Of a stretch of DNA of 64,000 nt, positions 1 to 10,879 are shown one piece after another; the first letter of the stretch is position 1; every line of letters begins with the position of its first letter. Location: assembly GCF_006345805.1 (NCBI RefSeq), contig NC_043006.1:61752001-61816000 (forward strand), written 5' to 3'. The position numbers and the translations under genes were made by a program. The stretch is from Octopus sinensis (Eukaryota). The notes under the pieces were generated by a model. That model was not told where the DNA came from, did not search any database, and saw nothing but the letters and a program-made list of their open reading frames with translations.

Positions 1-497
1 GTATGTGTATGTGTATGTTTGTGAACTGATAAATTTCGAGTTTAGTTAATGAAATCGTTAATAGACTGTCAGCTGGCATCAAGGTGTTAGGTTTTGGAGC
101 TCCATTCGCGCTATTTATTCACTCTTTAATTAGTGTATGTAACAGATCTCGTGGAAAATTTAGTTGTAACACTGTATTACTCGATTCAGTCAAGTGCTGT
201 AAATGATGGTGGAATTATGTAAATTGACTCCAGTCACAAGATACTTCGAATAAACTTTCGGAATGAAACATTTATTAACCATTGTTAATTTGTTCTTTAT
301 TTTTTCTGTTATTTAATGGCCAAATGTACTTCTCTCTCACATCACTATTAATTGCATTTCTCTGTGGGAGCTAATTCGATTTTCTTCTTACACTAATAAA
401 CAGTATGTCTCAAACATTTATCTCCACTTCTCAAGCGAACACAATGTCCTACTATTATAGTATTAAAACCCAATTGTTATTTGCTTTGCTCTATTAG

Positions 498-587
498 GCA
501 GTGACTCCATTTATTCTAAATCTATAAGCAGTGACTCCGGTTATTGTAAATTTATAAGCAGTGACTGCACTTACAGTAAATTTGTGT
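498..587. repeat. 30-bp minisatellite, 3 imperfect copies (GCAGTGACTCC...TATAA)
   Basis: GCAGTGACT recurs at 498, 528 and 558 with similar intervening sequence. Confidence 0.9.
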
Positions 588-1110
588 AAATTTGTAGTTT
601 TCTGAAGCATTCTATTTCGTCTTTGGACACAATGTTTGTTCCAATAACGCAGAACTATGGTCAACATACATCTTAACACGACAAGCTTACCTTTGCCTTT
701 GTTTAGATATATGATTATTTAGTCAACACTTTCCTAAGCCTTAAGTAAAGAAAGGTGTGAATTGGGGGATGTGTTGCTACTCTACGATATTTAATGGCGA
801 CCCAATATTTCACTTGGCGAGCTAATCCTCAATTAGTTCATATTGTATAAAAGATAGAAAAAGTCGGGATTCTAAATATGTACGACATCAAATATTATTT
901 TGTCTTGTCTTTTTTCATTATTATATTGCTATTATTTTGACATAAAATTGCTTTGATTCCCACGAACACCCTGTACGCAAAAGCATCTGTTATCCATAGT
1001 GCTATTTCACGTCGCCTAATAATGTTCGTGCCCTTCAAATTCCATACAAGCTTGAAATATATAAATGACTACTACTTCTAGGTCGCTCATGAAATGGCAA
1101 TGGCGACAAA

Positions 1111-1318
1111 GATGATTATGATGACGATGATGACGAAGATGATGATGGTGACGATGATGATTATGGCGGCTATGATAATAACGATTATATTTATGATGAT
1201 ATGATAACAACGACAATGTAGGATGATGACGACGACGACGATGATGATGGTGGTTGTGGTGGTGGTTATGTTGGTTATGTTGTCGATGTTGGTGCTGTGG
1301 TAGCAGCGGTTGTGGTAG
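1111..1318. repeat. Imperfect (GAT)n/(GGT)n trinucleotide low-complexity tract
   Basis: Runs of gatgatgac and ggtggttgt; explains the His- and Ile/Thr-rich ORFs 1016..1216 and 1087..1413. Confidence 0.85.
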
Positions 1319-2011
1319 TGAATCTGTAGCACATTCTGATAGCTTTTGCTGTCATATTTAATAGCAGTTTTGATGGAAACGATAAGCACATCCTCTCTCA
1401 TCAGTCTCTTCATTCTTGGAAGTTATCGTCTCGTCTGTATAATTGATCACTTAAATCGCATACATCTTCCGTGTTAATATTTGCTCTTCTGATTTTCCTA
1501 AGTTTAGATAAACAATATTTGGTCAAATTTCAAATACATTATCTTTAAAAAAAATAAATTTGCTCTCTGTGGTATTGATGGAATTGTTTGCATAAATTTA
1601 TATATGAATTCAATTTAATGATTTTACTTTCTAGGAACAGGTTAGCTGAAGTTACAAAATATTATTCAGAAGTTATTTATGCATATTTAACTCCTGACAG
1701 CAAGTTCTTCTCAAGTCGATTCCTATGAGTTATATCTAAGAGAAACTAGTGAAGCACTTGGAACGACACACTTGACTATATCCACCCATCAAAGATATAT
1801 AAGCGATCAATATTTACTTTAAATGACTTCTGTGATTCGGAACATTTGTCAGGGTGGGGTCTCAAAAAATGTGCTGTATTTAATTCAGGCTAACAAAATC
1901 ATCAGCGTTCGAATAGCATTGAGATTACAGTTCTATAATTAAAAGATGAAGAATTATGTGCATTTTTTACATTATTTACATTTGAAGGATATTTGTCCTC
2001 ATCTTGTTTGT

Positions 2012-2060
2012 TGTTAGCACATTTCGGCTGATATACCCTCCAGCCTTCATCAGGTGTCTT
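2012..2060 (-). ncRNA. Degenerate minimal type I hammerhead ribozyme motif
   Basis: Minus strand: AGACAC-CTGATGA-A-GGCTG-gagggtatat-CAGCC-GAAA-T-GTGCT. Core and a perfect 5-bp stem II are present; the stem III/UH region is collapsed. Confidence 0.55.
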
Positions 2061-2105
2061 GGGGAAACTTCGAACCTGGGTTCTCATTCCTAATGTACTT
2101 TTCGA

Positions 2106-2802
2106 TCTTCTTCTTCTTCTTCTTCTCTTCTTCTTCTTCTTCTTCTTCTTCTTCTTCTTCTTCTTTTTCTTCTTCTTCTTCTTCTTCTTCTTTTTCTTCT
2201 TCTTCTTCTTCTTTTCTTCTTCTTCTTCTTCTTTTTCATCTTCTTCTTTTTCTTCTTCTTCTTCTTCTTCTTCTTCTTCTTTTCTTTTCTTCTTCTTCTT
2301 TTCTTCTTCTTTTTCTTCTTCTTCTTCTTCTTCTCTCTTCTTCTTTCTTCTTCTTTTCTCTTCTCTTCTTCTTCTTCTCTTCTTTTTCTTCTTCTTCTTC
2401 TTCTTCTTTTTTCCTCTTCTTCTTTTCTTCTTCTTCTTCTTCTCTCTTCTTCTTCTTCTTCTTTTTCTTCTTTCTTCTTTTCTTCTTCTTCTCTTTTTCT
2501 TCTTTTCTTCTTCTTCTTCTCTTCTCTTCTTTTTCTTCTTCTTCTTCTTCTTCTTCTTTTCTTCTTCTTTTTCTTCTTTTCTTTTTCTTCTTCTTTTTCT
2601 TCTTCTCTTCTTCTTCTTCTTCTTTTTCTTCTTTTCTTCTTCTTCTTCTTCTTCTTCTTCTTTTTCTTCTTTTCTTCTTCTTCTTCTTCTTCTTCTTTTT
2701 CTTCTTCTTCTTCTTCTTCTTCTTCTTTTTCTTCTTCTTCTTTTCCTTCTTCTTTTTTCCTCTCCTTCTTTTTTTCTTCTTCTTCTTTTTCTTCTTCTTC
2801 TT
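2106..2802. repeat. About 700-bp imperfect (TTC)n polypyrimidine microsatellite
   Basis: Almost purely T/C; source of the poly-F/S/L ORFs 2054..2860 and 2059..2826. Confidence 0.98.
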
Positions 2803-3303
2803 GGGGTTAACTGCCTGCGCTCTTAACCACTACGCCATATGCCCGTGGTGTAGAGGTTAAAATAAATGATAAAAGATACACACACAGTATGTTTATGTTT
2901 ATACGTGTGTGGTCATCTGAATACGTTCGCTTTTTGCTTCTTGAAACAGCGGTATATCTAATTTACAGACGACTATCCCGCACGGACCAAACACAACTCT
3001 CTCCTCCTCTTGACTGCCTCTACACCTCCCATAACAAGCAACTTAATTTCATTTTTCCTTTTTCATTTTTACTTGTAAGTGCGCCATTTTTATTGCATTA
3101 ACATTCTTATCTCCTTTCAACCTTAATTTTTATATTTTATTGGTTTTATAATTTTTGTTTTTTATTGTTTGTAATTTATTGTTTTTTTATAAATTATTGT
3201 TTTTATTTCTATATACACGCACACATACAATGTGTGACCGCGTGTGTATCGCTGGCGATTTACTTTCCTCGTCTTCCCTACTACGGACCTCTCCTTTTTC
3301 TAT

Positions 3304-3338
3304 GTTTCTGAAGACGAGCTCCGCACGGAACGGTAAAT
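3304..3338 (+). ncRNA. Degenerate minimal hammerhead motif, probably in a PLE pseudo-LTR remnant
   Basis: GTTT-CTGAAGA-C-GAGC-tcc-GCAC-GGAA-CGG-TAAA; one stem II mismatch and GAAA changed to GGAA. Confidence 0.4.
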
Positions 3339-3429
3339 GTTCCTTTTTTCTTTCCTTTCCTGTGCGTCCAAAGACCCTATACTTGTTCTACGTCTTCGTG
3401 TTGTGTTTTCTCTTTGTTCATGTTTGGAT

Positions 3430-3563
<134 letters not shown>

Positions 3564-3904
3564 GTATATTAGTGATTGCTCCATCTTCACACCTGTTTGC
3601 TTTCTCCTTGTACTTCGTTTGCAAGATTCTTGATGCGAAATCGTGTGCTGAAACAGATACTGAACTATTTAGGGACGGTCATGTTGCCAGTTTAGCCAAT
3701 AAAGACACACACACTGTATATTTGGTGTTAATTTGCTGCAGCTTTATTCAAATGTTTATATTAATCGTATTTCCGGTAGAGTTATTTCGTCTTTCCTCTG
3801 TGACCGCATCAGTGGTCATTTGATTTCTTCTTTCTTATTTGTGTGTCTTTCCTTACTAATGGTCAGTCATATTGGCTAAACTGGCAACATGACGATCCCC
3901 AAAT

Positions 3905-3909
<5 letters not shown>

Positions 3910-3958
<49 letters not shown>
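3910..3958. repeat. (TA)n microsatellite followed by (TG)n-like sequence
   Basis: Direct inspection. Confidence 0.95.
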
Positions 3959-3964
<6 letters not shown>

Positions 3965-4382
3965 CATGTATGTATATGTGTCTGCATGTGTGTGTGTCTG
4001 TGTGTGTATCTTTTATTATTTATCTTGTTCAATCATTTGTTTGGTGCCATGATGGGGCATTCCCTTGGAGAATTTTAATTGATGAATCGACCCAAGTAAA
4101 AGTACATACATTTATACATATATACATATGCACAAGCAGTCACACACACACACACTCGCACACGCACATATATATGTGTGTGTGTTTACTGCAAAATAAC
4201 TCCATATTATTTGACAAAACAGATATTAATATTTCCTTCACGAAGGGAGATTATTTACGAGAGAAGAATCTTAGTGAATACAATTCCGTTGCATTCTGTA
4301 ACAGTAACTTTATGACTTATTAAATCATTAATTCTGATTTTATTTTGATATCGGATTTCACAATCTCCCTGTAGTTTCCTTT

Positions 4383-4416
4383 TATATATATATATATAAT
4401 ATATATATATATATAT

Positions 4417-4449
<33 letters not shown>

Positions 4450-4500
4450 ATGTATGTATGAGTGTATGTGTATGTGTGTCAGAGAGTGAGTGTGTATATG
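4383..4500. repeat. (TA)n/(TG)n compound microsatellite
   Basis: Direct inspection. Confidence 0.93.
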
Positions 4501-4918
4501 CATTAAAATATTTCTATATAGAATGACATTTTAATTTAAATTTTTTCCAGTATGTTATCGCTCTCTCGCAACATATAGTCTACTTAAACCTTTTGATAGA
4601 TGATCGTTATTGTATTATAGCCTACGTCAGATTTCTTTTTATTATTGAATGTATTTTTAAAAGTAAGTTACTCGTCTTTTGGTGCTTCAATACGTAGTCA
4701 GTGATGACATGTTTCATTTAATATTGGAAACCGTACAATAGAGAACTTGTGAGGAGTACGAAAACTATTTCTTTCAAATTAAGTTCCAATAAGATTTATG
4801 TTACGATTGTCTCTTGCCTTCCATCATTTTTATTGTCTGTCTGTCTCCCTCCTCTCTCTCTTTACCTAAGTATGTATGTACACCTAATGGATATAGACAT
4901 AGATCATATCTCTGCCTC

Positions 4919-4961
4919 ATACACACACACACACACAAATATATATGTCTGTATATACATA

Positions 4962-5040
<79 letters not shown>
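4919..5040. repeat. (AC)n/(TA)n compound microsatellite
   Basis: Direct inspection. Confidence 0.95.
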
Positions 5041-5043
<3 letters not shown>

Positions 5044-5460
5044 TATGTGTGAGCATAAAGATTGAAAGTAAGAGAGAGGAAGAATCGTGATGCAAATAAA
5101 ATTACGTGTAAGTACGTAAGGTAATAGCCTTATAGAGTAAGTGCTCAGCTTGATTTTCGACTAAAACTCCGACTTCAACGGCGGCTATAACAAAAGTGGT
5201 ATTGTAGCCCTCTAGCAATGAAAGGCTATAACTACGCCATAATTTAGCCAGTAGATATATATTAGAAGGAAATAATGAATATGTGGTGTCATTCTAAAGC
5301 ATGGAATCTATACTGCAAACGTAATCATAGTTTTTCCCAACGGGTTGTTGGATTAAAAGCTATAACATATGTATAAAGTCTCTTACAGTAGTTTCTATAA
5401 TAGATGAGGTCATAGTGTATAAACTCAGTAAATGAAGAGTTCCATTAGAAACCAACTATC

Positions 5461-5690
5461 CCATCTTCAGAGAGGAGGAATTATGGAATATTCTTAATAT
5501 AGGATATAGGTACTTACCAGTTTCATCATCGAAAAATGACGGAATATCCTTAATGTAGGAAATTAGCTCGACGATGAAACTGATAACTAATATCCTGTAT
5601 TATGGGCTTTCCTTTATTGTTCTTCCCTGAAGACGGCATATTTCGCTATGCACAACTTCTGGCTCTCATATTTATATGCCAACTTTTACT
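5461..5690. repeat. Nested inverted repeat (long hairpin) with an adjacent degenerate hammerhead-like motif
   Basis: Three arm pairs: 5461-5470/5627-5636 (9/10), 5496-5506/5591-5601 (10/11), 5518-5532/5568-5582 (14/15). The right arm continues CTGAAGA-C-GGCATAT...ATATGCC-AAC. Confidence 0.7.
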
Positions 5691-5823
5691 CCAGCAACTC
5701 CATTGCAACAACTCTACAATTATGTTTCAATAATAATATTTTGGTCTATTGTAATACCACGTTTTGCCACTTCATTCATTCTTTCTAATACAAACCACAC
5801 ATATACATGCAAGCACATATAAG

Positions 5824-6203
5824 GAAGCACTCCGTCGGTTACGACGACAAGGATTCCGGTTGATCCGAATCAATGGAACAGCCTGCTCGTGAAATTAACG
5901 TGTAAGTGGCTGAGCACTCCACAGACACGTGTACCCATAACGTAGTTGTCGGGGATATTCAGCGTGACACAGAGAGTGACAAGGCCGACCCTTTGAAATA
6001 CAGGTACAACAGAAACAGGAAGTAAGAGTGAGAGAAAGTTGTGGTGAAAGAGTACATCAGGGTTTGCCACCGTTCCCTGTCGGAACTGGAGGAGCTTTAG
6101 GTGTTTTCGCTCAATAAACACTCACAACGCCCGGTCTGGGAATCGAAACCGCGATCCTATGACCGCGAGTCCGCTGCCCTAACCACTGGGCCATTGCGCC
6201 TCC
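5824..6203 (-). mobile_element. Full-length tRNA-derived SINE with 11-bp target-site duplication
   Basis: Minus-strand head GGAGGCGCAATGGCCCAGTGGTTAGGGCAGCGGACTCGCGGTCATAGGATCGCGGTTTCGATTCCC has A box TGGCCCAGTGG and B box GGTTTCGATTCC. CAAGCACATAT is repeated at 5810-5820 and 6209-6219. Confidence 0.9.
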
Positions 6204-8073
6204 ACAAACAAGCACATATGTGCATACGTACATACACATATACACACACACATATATATATTTATGTGGGTGTTCATGGGCATATATATTCATAGATATA
6301 CATATAAATACATGCATATATGCATAGATATACATAACATACCTATATATTCATATATATTTCATGCATTATTTAATTTTCCCTGACACTCGCACACACA
6401 GACACACAGATATGTGCACGTAACTGTATTGCTGAAACTGTATTTTGATAACGGGATGGATGATTGTGATGGAAAATTTGGAATGAAGCACTTTCTATGA
6501 CCAAGATTAAAGTTAAACATTATGATTTGGAAAGCAATACGCATACATCTACCTTGTTTTAGATATATTGTGTGTATGCGTGTAGCCGGTCGCTTTTCTA
6601 TTGACATTTTTATAATGCTTGTGTTACAGTTTTGTAGAGCATCATTTCTCTTTCAACTTACTTCATAAACGTTATTGTCCTAGTCTAAAGAATAAGAGAA
6701 TGCACAAAGTATTGTTGTTTTCTCACTTGCCTACTATTTCTGCTTGTATTTTCTGTTTCATTTGGAGGATTCAGTTCGTAATTAATTTCATGTTCGCATA
6801 AATCTACTTTGCCCTTTCTGTTGCTTTGTCGGAACACAACTCAATTTAAGAAGAAAATTGGAAATGTACAAAATTCCTTCTAAGGGAATAAATTAGGGCA
6901 ACCGAATATTAACCTCATTTAAAATTAGCACTGTGCCAAAGAGAAACATTGGTTTTGTTATATTAAATAAAATATTTTTTTAGCTGGTGCGCAAAGGAGG
7001 AAAACCACCTCATGGATGACTATTAAAGTATCTTATCCAATATTTCTGGTAGTGAAAGATTTAAATAAATGTCGTTACTTACAAGTATAGGCGAATTACG
7101 TTAACGCTCCTACACGAATTTTACGATTATATTAACATAAAGCACTACGATATAATTTCCAAATGCATACAAATGTTCAACTATAACGGATCCGCGCGGA
7201 ACGCTTTAAAGTGTCACGTTATCATGTGATTATTGTATCAAGCTATCATGCATTGGTGACTCCTATCGCAGAACTCCAAATAACCATAATGCTGAAGCGT
7301 GCGTAGGGAGTATAACAAATTCAAATCTGTGTAGAGTAACACATTACTTTAGTGTAAATTTGTGGAAGAGAACATTTCTAATTACATGACACTGCATGAA
7401 GACTGCTACGAATTGTGCGAAAAGAGTTGAAGTTTTACCCCCCATTACAAAAAAGAGGGCTACTATTCAATCAAATGACTCCAGTTTTGATGATAGCTAA
7501 TCAAATGGTAAGCGTTACATTTGAAACGGCTCGTATGATGGTGATAGCTCTAATAGGTATATTAAAATGCTTATAGTCTTCCCAGCAAAGACTTGTTATT
7601 ATATTACATTAATGATATTATATATTATCCAAATAGTAGAGTACCCCAATTTCAAAATCCGGTAAAACGGCGGTACTGTATTTCAGTGTTGTTTTAAAAA
7701 GAAATATTTCATACTATCAGCTTCATATAGTTAACATGTAGTACGGAACAGTAAAGCTTTGAAATTATTAAACATATTTTTTAATAAAAACATCTATTCA
7801 TATTTAGTATATAGTACTTCATCAGCAAGTCATAAAAATCTGTAAAAATTAAATGTTAATTCTTCAGTGGATGTTAACAGGTAATCATTAATATTGGCCT
7901 TGATAGTACGGATGTTGCACAACCATTGAGTAATGTTTGAATGCACAACATTAATTTCCACAAAGGACAAAAATGCAAAACACTGATTATATTACAACTT
8001 TTAGTCTATAAATCTAATCATTTTAGTCAATTTGCTTGATCTTTCTATTCTTGGCACATTTAGAAAGGCAAAA

Positions 8074-8909
8074 TACGAGGTTTGATCAATAAGCATCCGG
8101 CCCATCGACATAGTAACAAATATAATGCCTGCAGAGTACGCTGCTTGGCAAATACTGAACTTAAACTCTGCTGTGCATGCGCTCTAAGTCTTAACGTCCA
8201 AACTGACAGGTGTTTAGAGTAGAGTTTGGAAGGAAGGTGTGTAACGTGATCGTTTACTTGACTATGACAGAGAAAGTTGTCCTGGCGATACCTGCTTGGA
8301 GGCCGACACAAAGTTGTAGAAATTGTATTGAGAGAAGTGTATCTGCCGCACACATTTGTACGCACACATTACCGACGTTTCCAAGATGGCCGAAAAAATT
8401 TCGATATTGAAAAACGTTCTGGGAGACCCGCAACTAGCAGAATTGAGAAAGTCATCGCAGAGGTGCGTGCAGCAGTGAGAGGAAATCATCGAATGACCAC
8501 CTGTTAGTTTTCAGAGTATGTATAGATTAGTTTCGGTTCAGTTCAGTCGTTATCACTGAAGATTTGAAAAAAAGCACTCAGGTTTCAGCTGTACAAAATC
8601 TTCTGGATTGTGTAAAGAAATATGAAAACTTTTAAACACTTTCCGTAGGCCTCAGGGCAATCAGCAAGCCTCTTGTAAAATTTAATGTAAATTTTCTATT
8701 CAACTTTCTCTGTCATCGTGAATGTGACGATCACACGCTATCTACCTATCTTCCAAGCATCGTTGTAAACAGTGGAAGTGAACTAGAGCGTTCAAAATTA
8801 TTGCGATGTACGGCTGACATTAAGCTCAATTTGTGTCAAGCAGTTTTACTCTCCGGGCATTAGCTTCGTACTATTGCAACGGTCCGGATACTTATTGATC
8901 AGAGCGCTA
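8074..8909 (+). mobile_element. Internally deleted mariner/Tc1-type DNA transposon
   Basis: Imperfect TIRs (TGATCAATAAGCATCCGG at about 8083-8100; CCGGATACTTATTGATCA at 8884-8901) with flanking TA. ORF 8277..8507 has the mariner N-terminal HTH region RFQDG...KRSGRPATSR. Confidence 0.85.
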
Positions 8910-10083
8910 TAAGTAACTACGTCATTTTTTCAATTATTAAAGAATATGCAATGTTTCCAGCTTCTCGAGAAATCTTATTTCTCATCTATGAGTGCCGGCC
9001 CTTTAAATATTTCTGAACAATAACTCATGTTGCGTCACTGAATATTTAAGTTCCAAATTTACTGCTCGTTTTTATTGGAAGTTATATAAACTCTGCTGCC
9101 TTATAGAGAAACGCTAAAGTTCAACCACTATATACAGGACTCAGAAGTAATTCGCACGTTGCCAAAGGAATCATACTAATTTCCCTCAGATATAATGTTA
9201 AGCTACACCTTCCTTATTTTGATAATGCTGTTTAACATGCAGCAATGAGAATGTTTTACATTACACCTGAAGTATATAATATATTGGGCACATGTTAATA
9301 GTCGTTTGCCAGGGAATTTTGGTTTTAGCGCGTTAACTACTATCAATAATAGTAAAAAAAAATTGTTAAAGCTACTTATAGATAAATACAGCCTAACACA
9401 TACATTTTCGTCTATTCTCACAAATCCTACAAGATAACGAACACGAACATATATTATAGTATCTTCACTCTCTTCTTCCATGTAATATTGTTATTATTTC
9501 TAGTTGTTTGTCTGAGAATACTTTGCCACATTCTGAACTTCTATATATTAGTAATTGTTTGCATATAACGCTGCTTTAAATTCTTTTTCTTCTGTATTCA
9601 TGCAGATTCTCCTTGTATTGACGACTAAATTTATTACCGCATTAAAACGTTATATTTACATTTTATTATATTCATTACAAATGATATTTTTTCAAAAACT
9701 TCTTTTCTTTCTGTATATTATTGTATTCTATTATATGAGGTTTATGAATAATAAACATTTGAGCATAAGTTTTACATTCATATTATTTGCATCTATTATA
9801 GAGCAACGCAAAATATGTATTGTTAACAATTCCTAAAGTAACAATTATGCCATTCATGTAAATTTCATATTCTATTTAATTTCCATGTTTTATTTAATAT
9901 TTAAATTCAATTGCTAGCTACATAGTGGGTACTCAAATTAAGCAAATGGAATTAGATAAATGTAAATTTATTGCTGCATCATCCACGATCTGATGTCTCT
10001 CATATTCCAATATGTTTGCGCGCATATTGTCTAAAAAGAAATATGTACACACCGAAAGGTCTTTTTTGCTGGATTCTACAGTA

Positions 10084-10410
10084 TTAGTTAGTTAGTTAGT
10101 TAGTTAATTTTTTGGCTCAAAAAGCAAAAAAAGCAATGCCATGTAGGGGGACATGGAGTTATGTACAGGGTGGTGTTCATGTAAAGAGTTCAGGCCACTT
10201 GTGGTCAAGGGATACTTTGAACCGAGCGGTCGTCGGCATCTTCACCATCTCGTCCGGCAGCTTATTCCACGGATCCGCAACCCGGACGGAGAAAGGCCCT
10301 CTCCTTCGATTGAGATGAAATCATCGCAGATAGAGCTTTTCGGAATGACCCCACAGCCGACACTCTGGAGTAGGAGTGAAGAACAGCTCCTTGGAGAGGT
10401 TACACTTTCC
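10084..10410 (-). mobile_element. 3' end of a CR1-type LINE with (TAAC)n tail
   Basis: Minus-strand translation ELFFTP...GHSEKL...FHLNRRRGPFSVRVADPWNKLPDEMV...FKVSLDHKW matches the CR1 ORF2 C-terminus; (TTAG)n at 10084-10105 is the tail. Confidence 0.85.
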
Positions 10411-10879
10411 ACTTATGATGTTGTGAGGAAGTATTGTGCCAAACTTTTTATGTGTCTATGTGCTAATCAACACTGCTTCGTCCGACTCTATTTACTAAAT
10501 TCTAGCCCATCAAAGCTTTACAAACTCTGGCAACTTAAGAGTTTGTACTTCTTATATACTAGAGCTATAATTCCAGTAAGGCAGTGTATGATGAATTCAG
10601 TATACGGGACGTGTGAGACGTAACCACGCAGAGACACATTTGCCCCACGGTCCAGTGATGTCATTATATCCCCAATGCGTGTTTACACATATCCAAAAGG
10701 AAATACTTAGAGACTATTAGAAGTTTGAGCGCACGAGAACGTTTGAGGCATCACACATACACAAACGTACACACACACACACACACACAACACACACACA
10801 CACACAACACACACACACACACACACAAACACAAACACAGACACACACGTGTGCGTATGACAAGAAACGAAAGTTCTCT

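Larger units (their letters stand above)
1928..2848 (-). mobile_element. tRNA-headed SINE-like element interrupted by a long (GAA)n tract, with a hammerhead-like motif in its 3' part
   Basis: Minus strand begins GGGCATATGGCGTAGTGGTTAAGAGCGC (A-box TGGCGTAGTGG at 2837-2827, tRNA D-arm-like), followed by the (GAA)n tract and then a body containing CTGATGA...GAAA. No B-box is visible in this copy. Confidence 0.6.

Noticed and set aside
498-587. 30-bp periodic repeats as a CRISPR-like array
   Set aside because: Head-to-tail tandem copies without unique spacers, no cas genes, and a eukaryotic context.
691-739. Minus-strand segment with a pyrimidine-rich acceptor and AAG/GTAAG donor
   Set aside because: Stops in all three frames; at most a non-coding or terminal exon, and unsupported.
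2054-2860. Long ORFs of 268 and 255 aa
   Set aside because: They are translations of the (TTC)n microsatellite, which lacks stops in these frames.
6130-6203. tRNA-like sequence (also at 2803-2848 and 54873-54945)
   Set aside because: These are SINE heads continuous with SINE bodies; no complete cloverleaf or acceptor stem.
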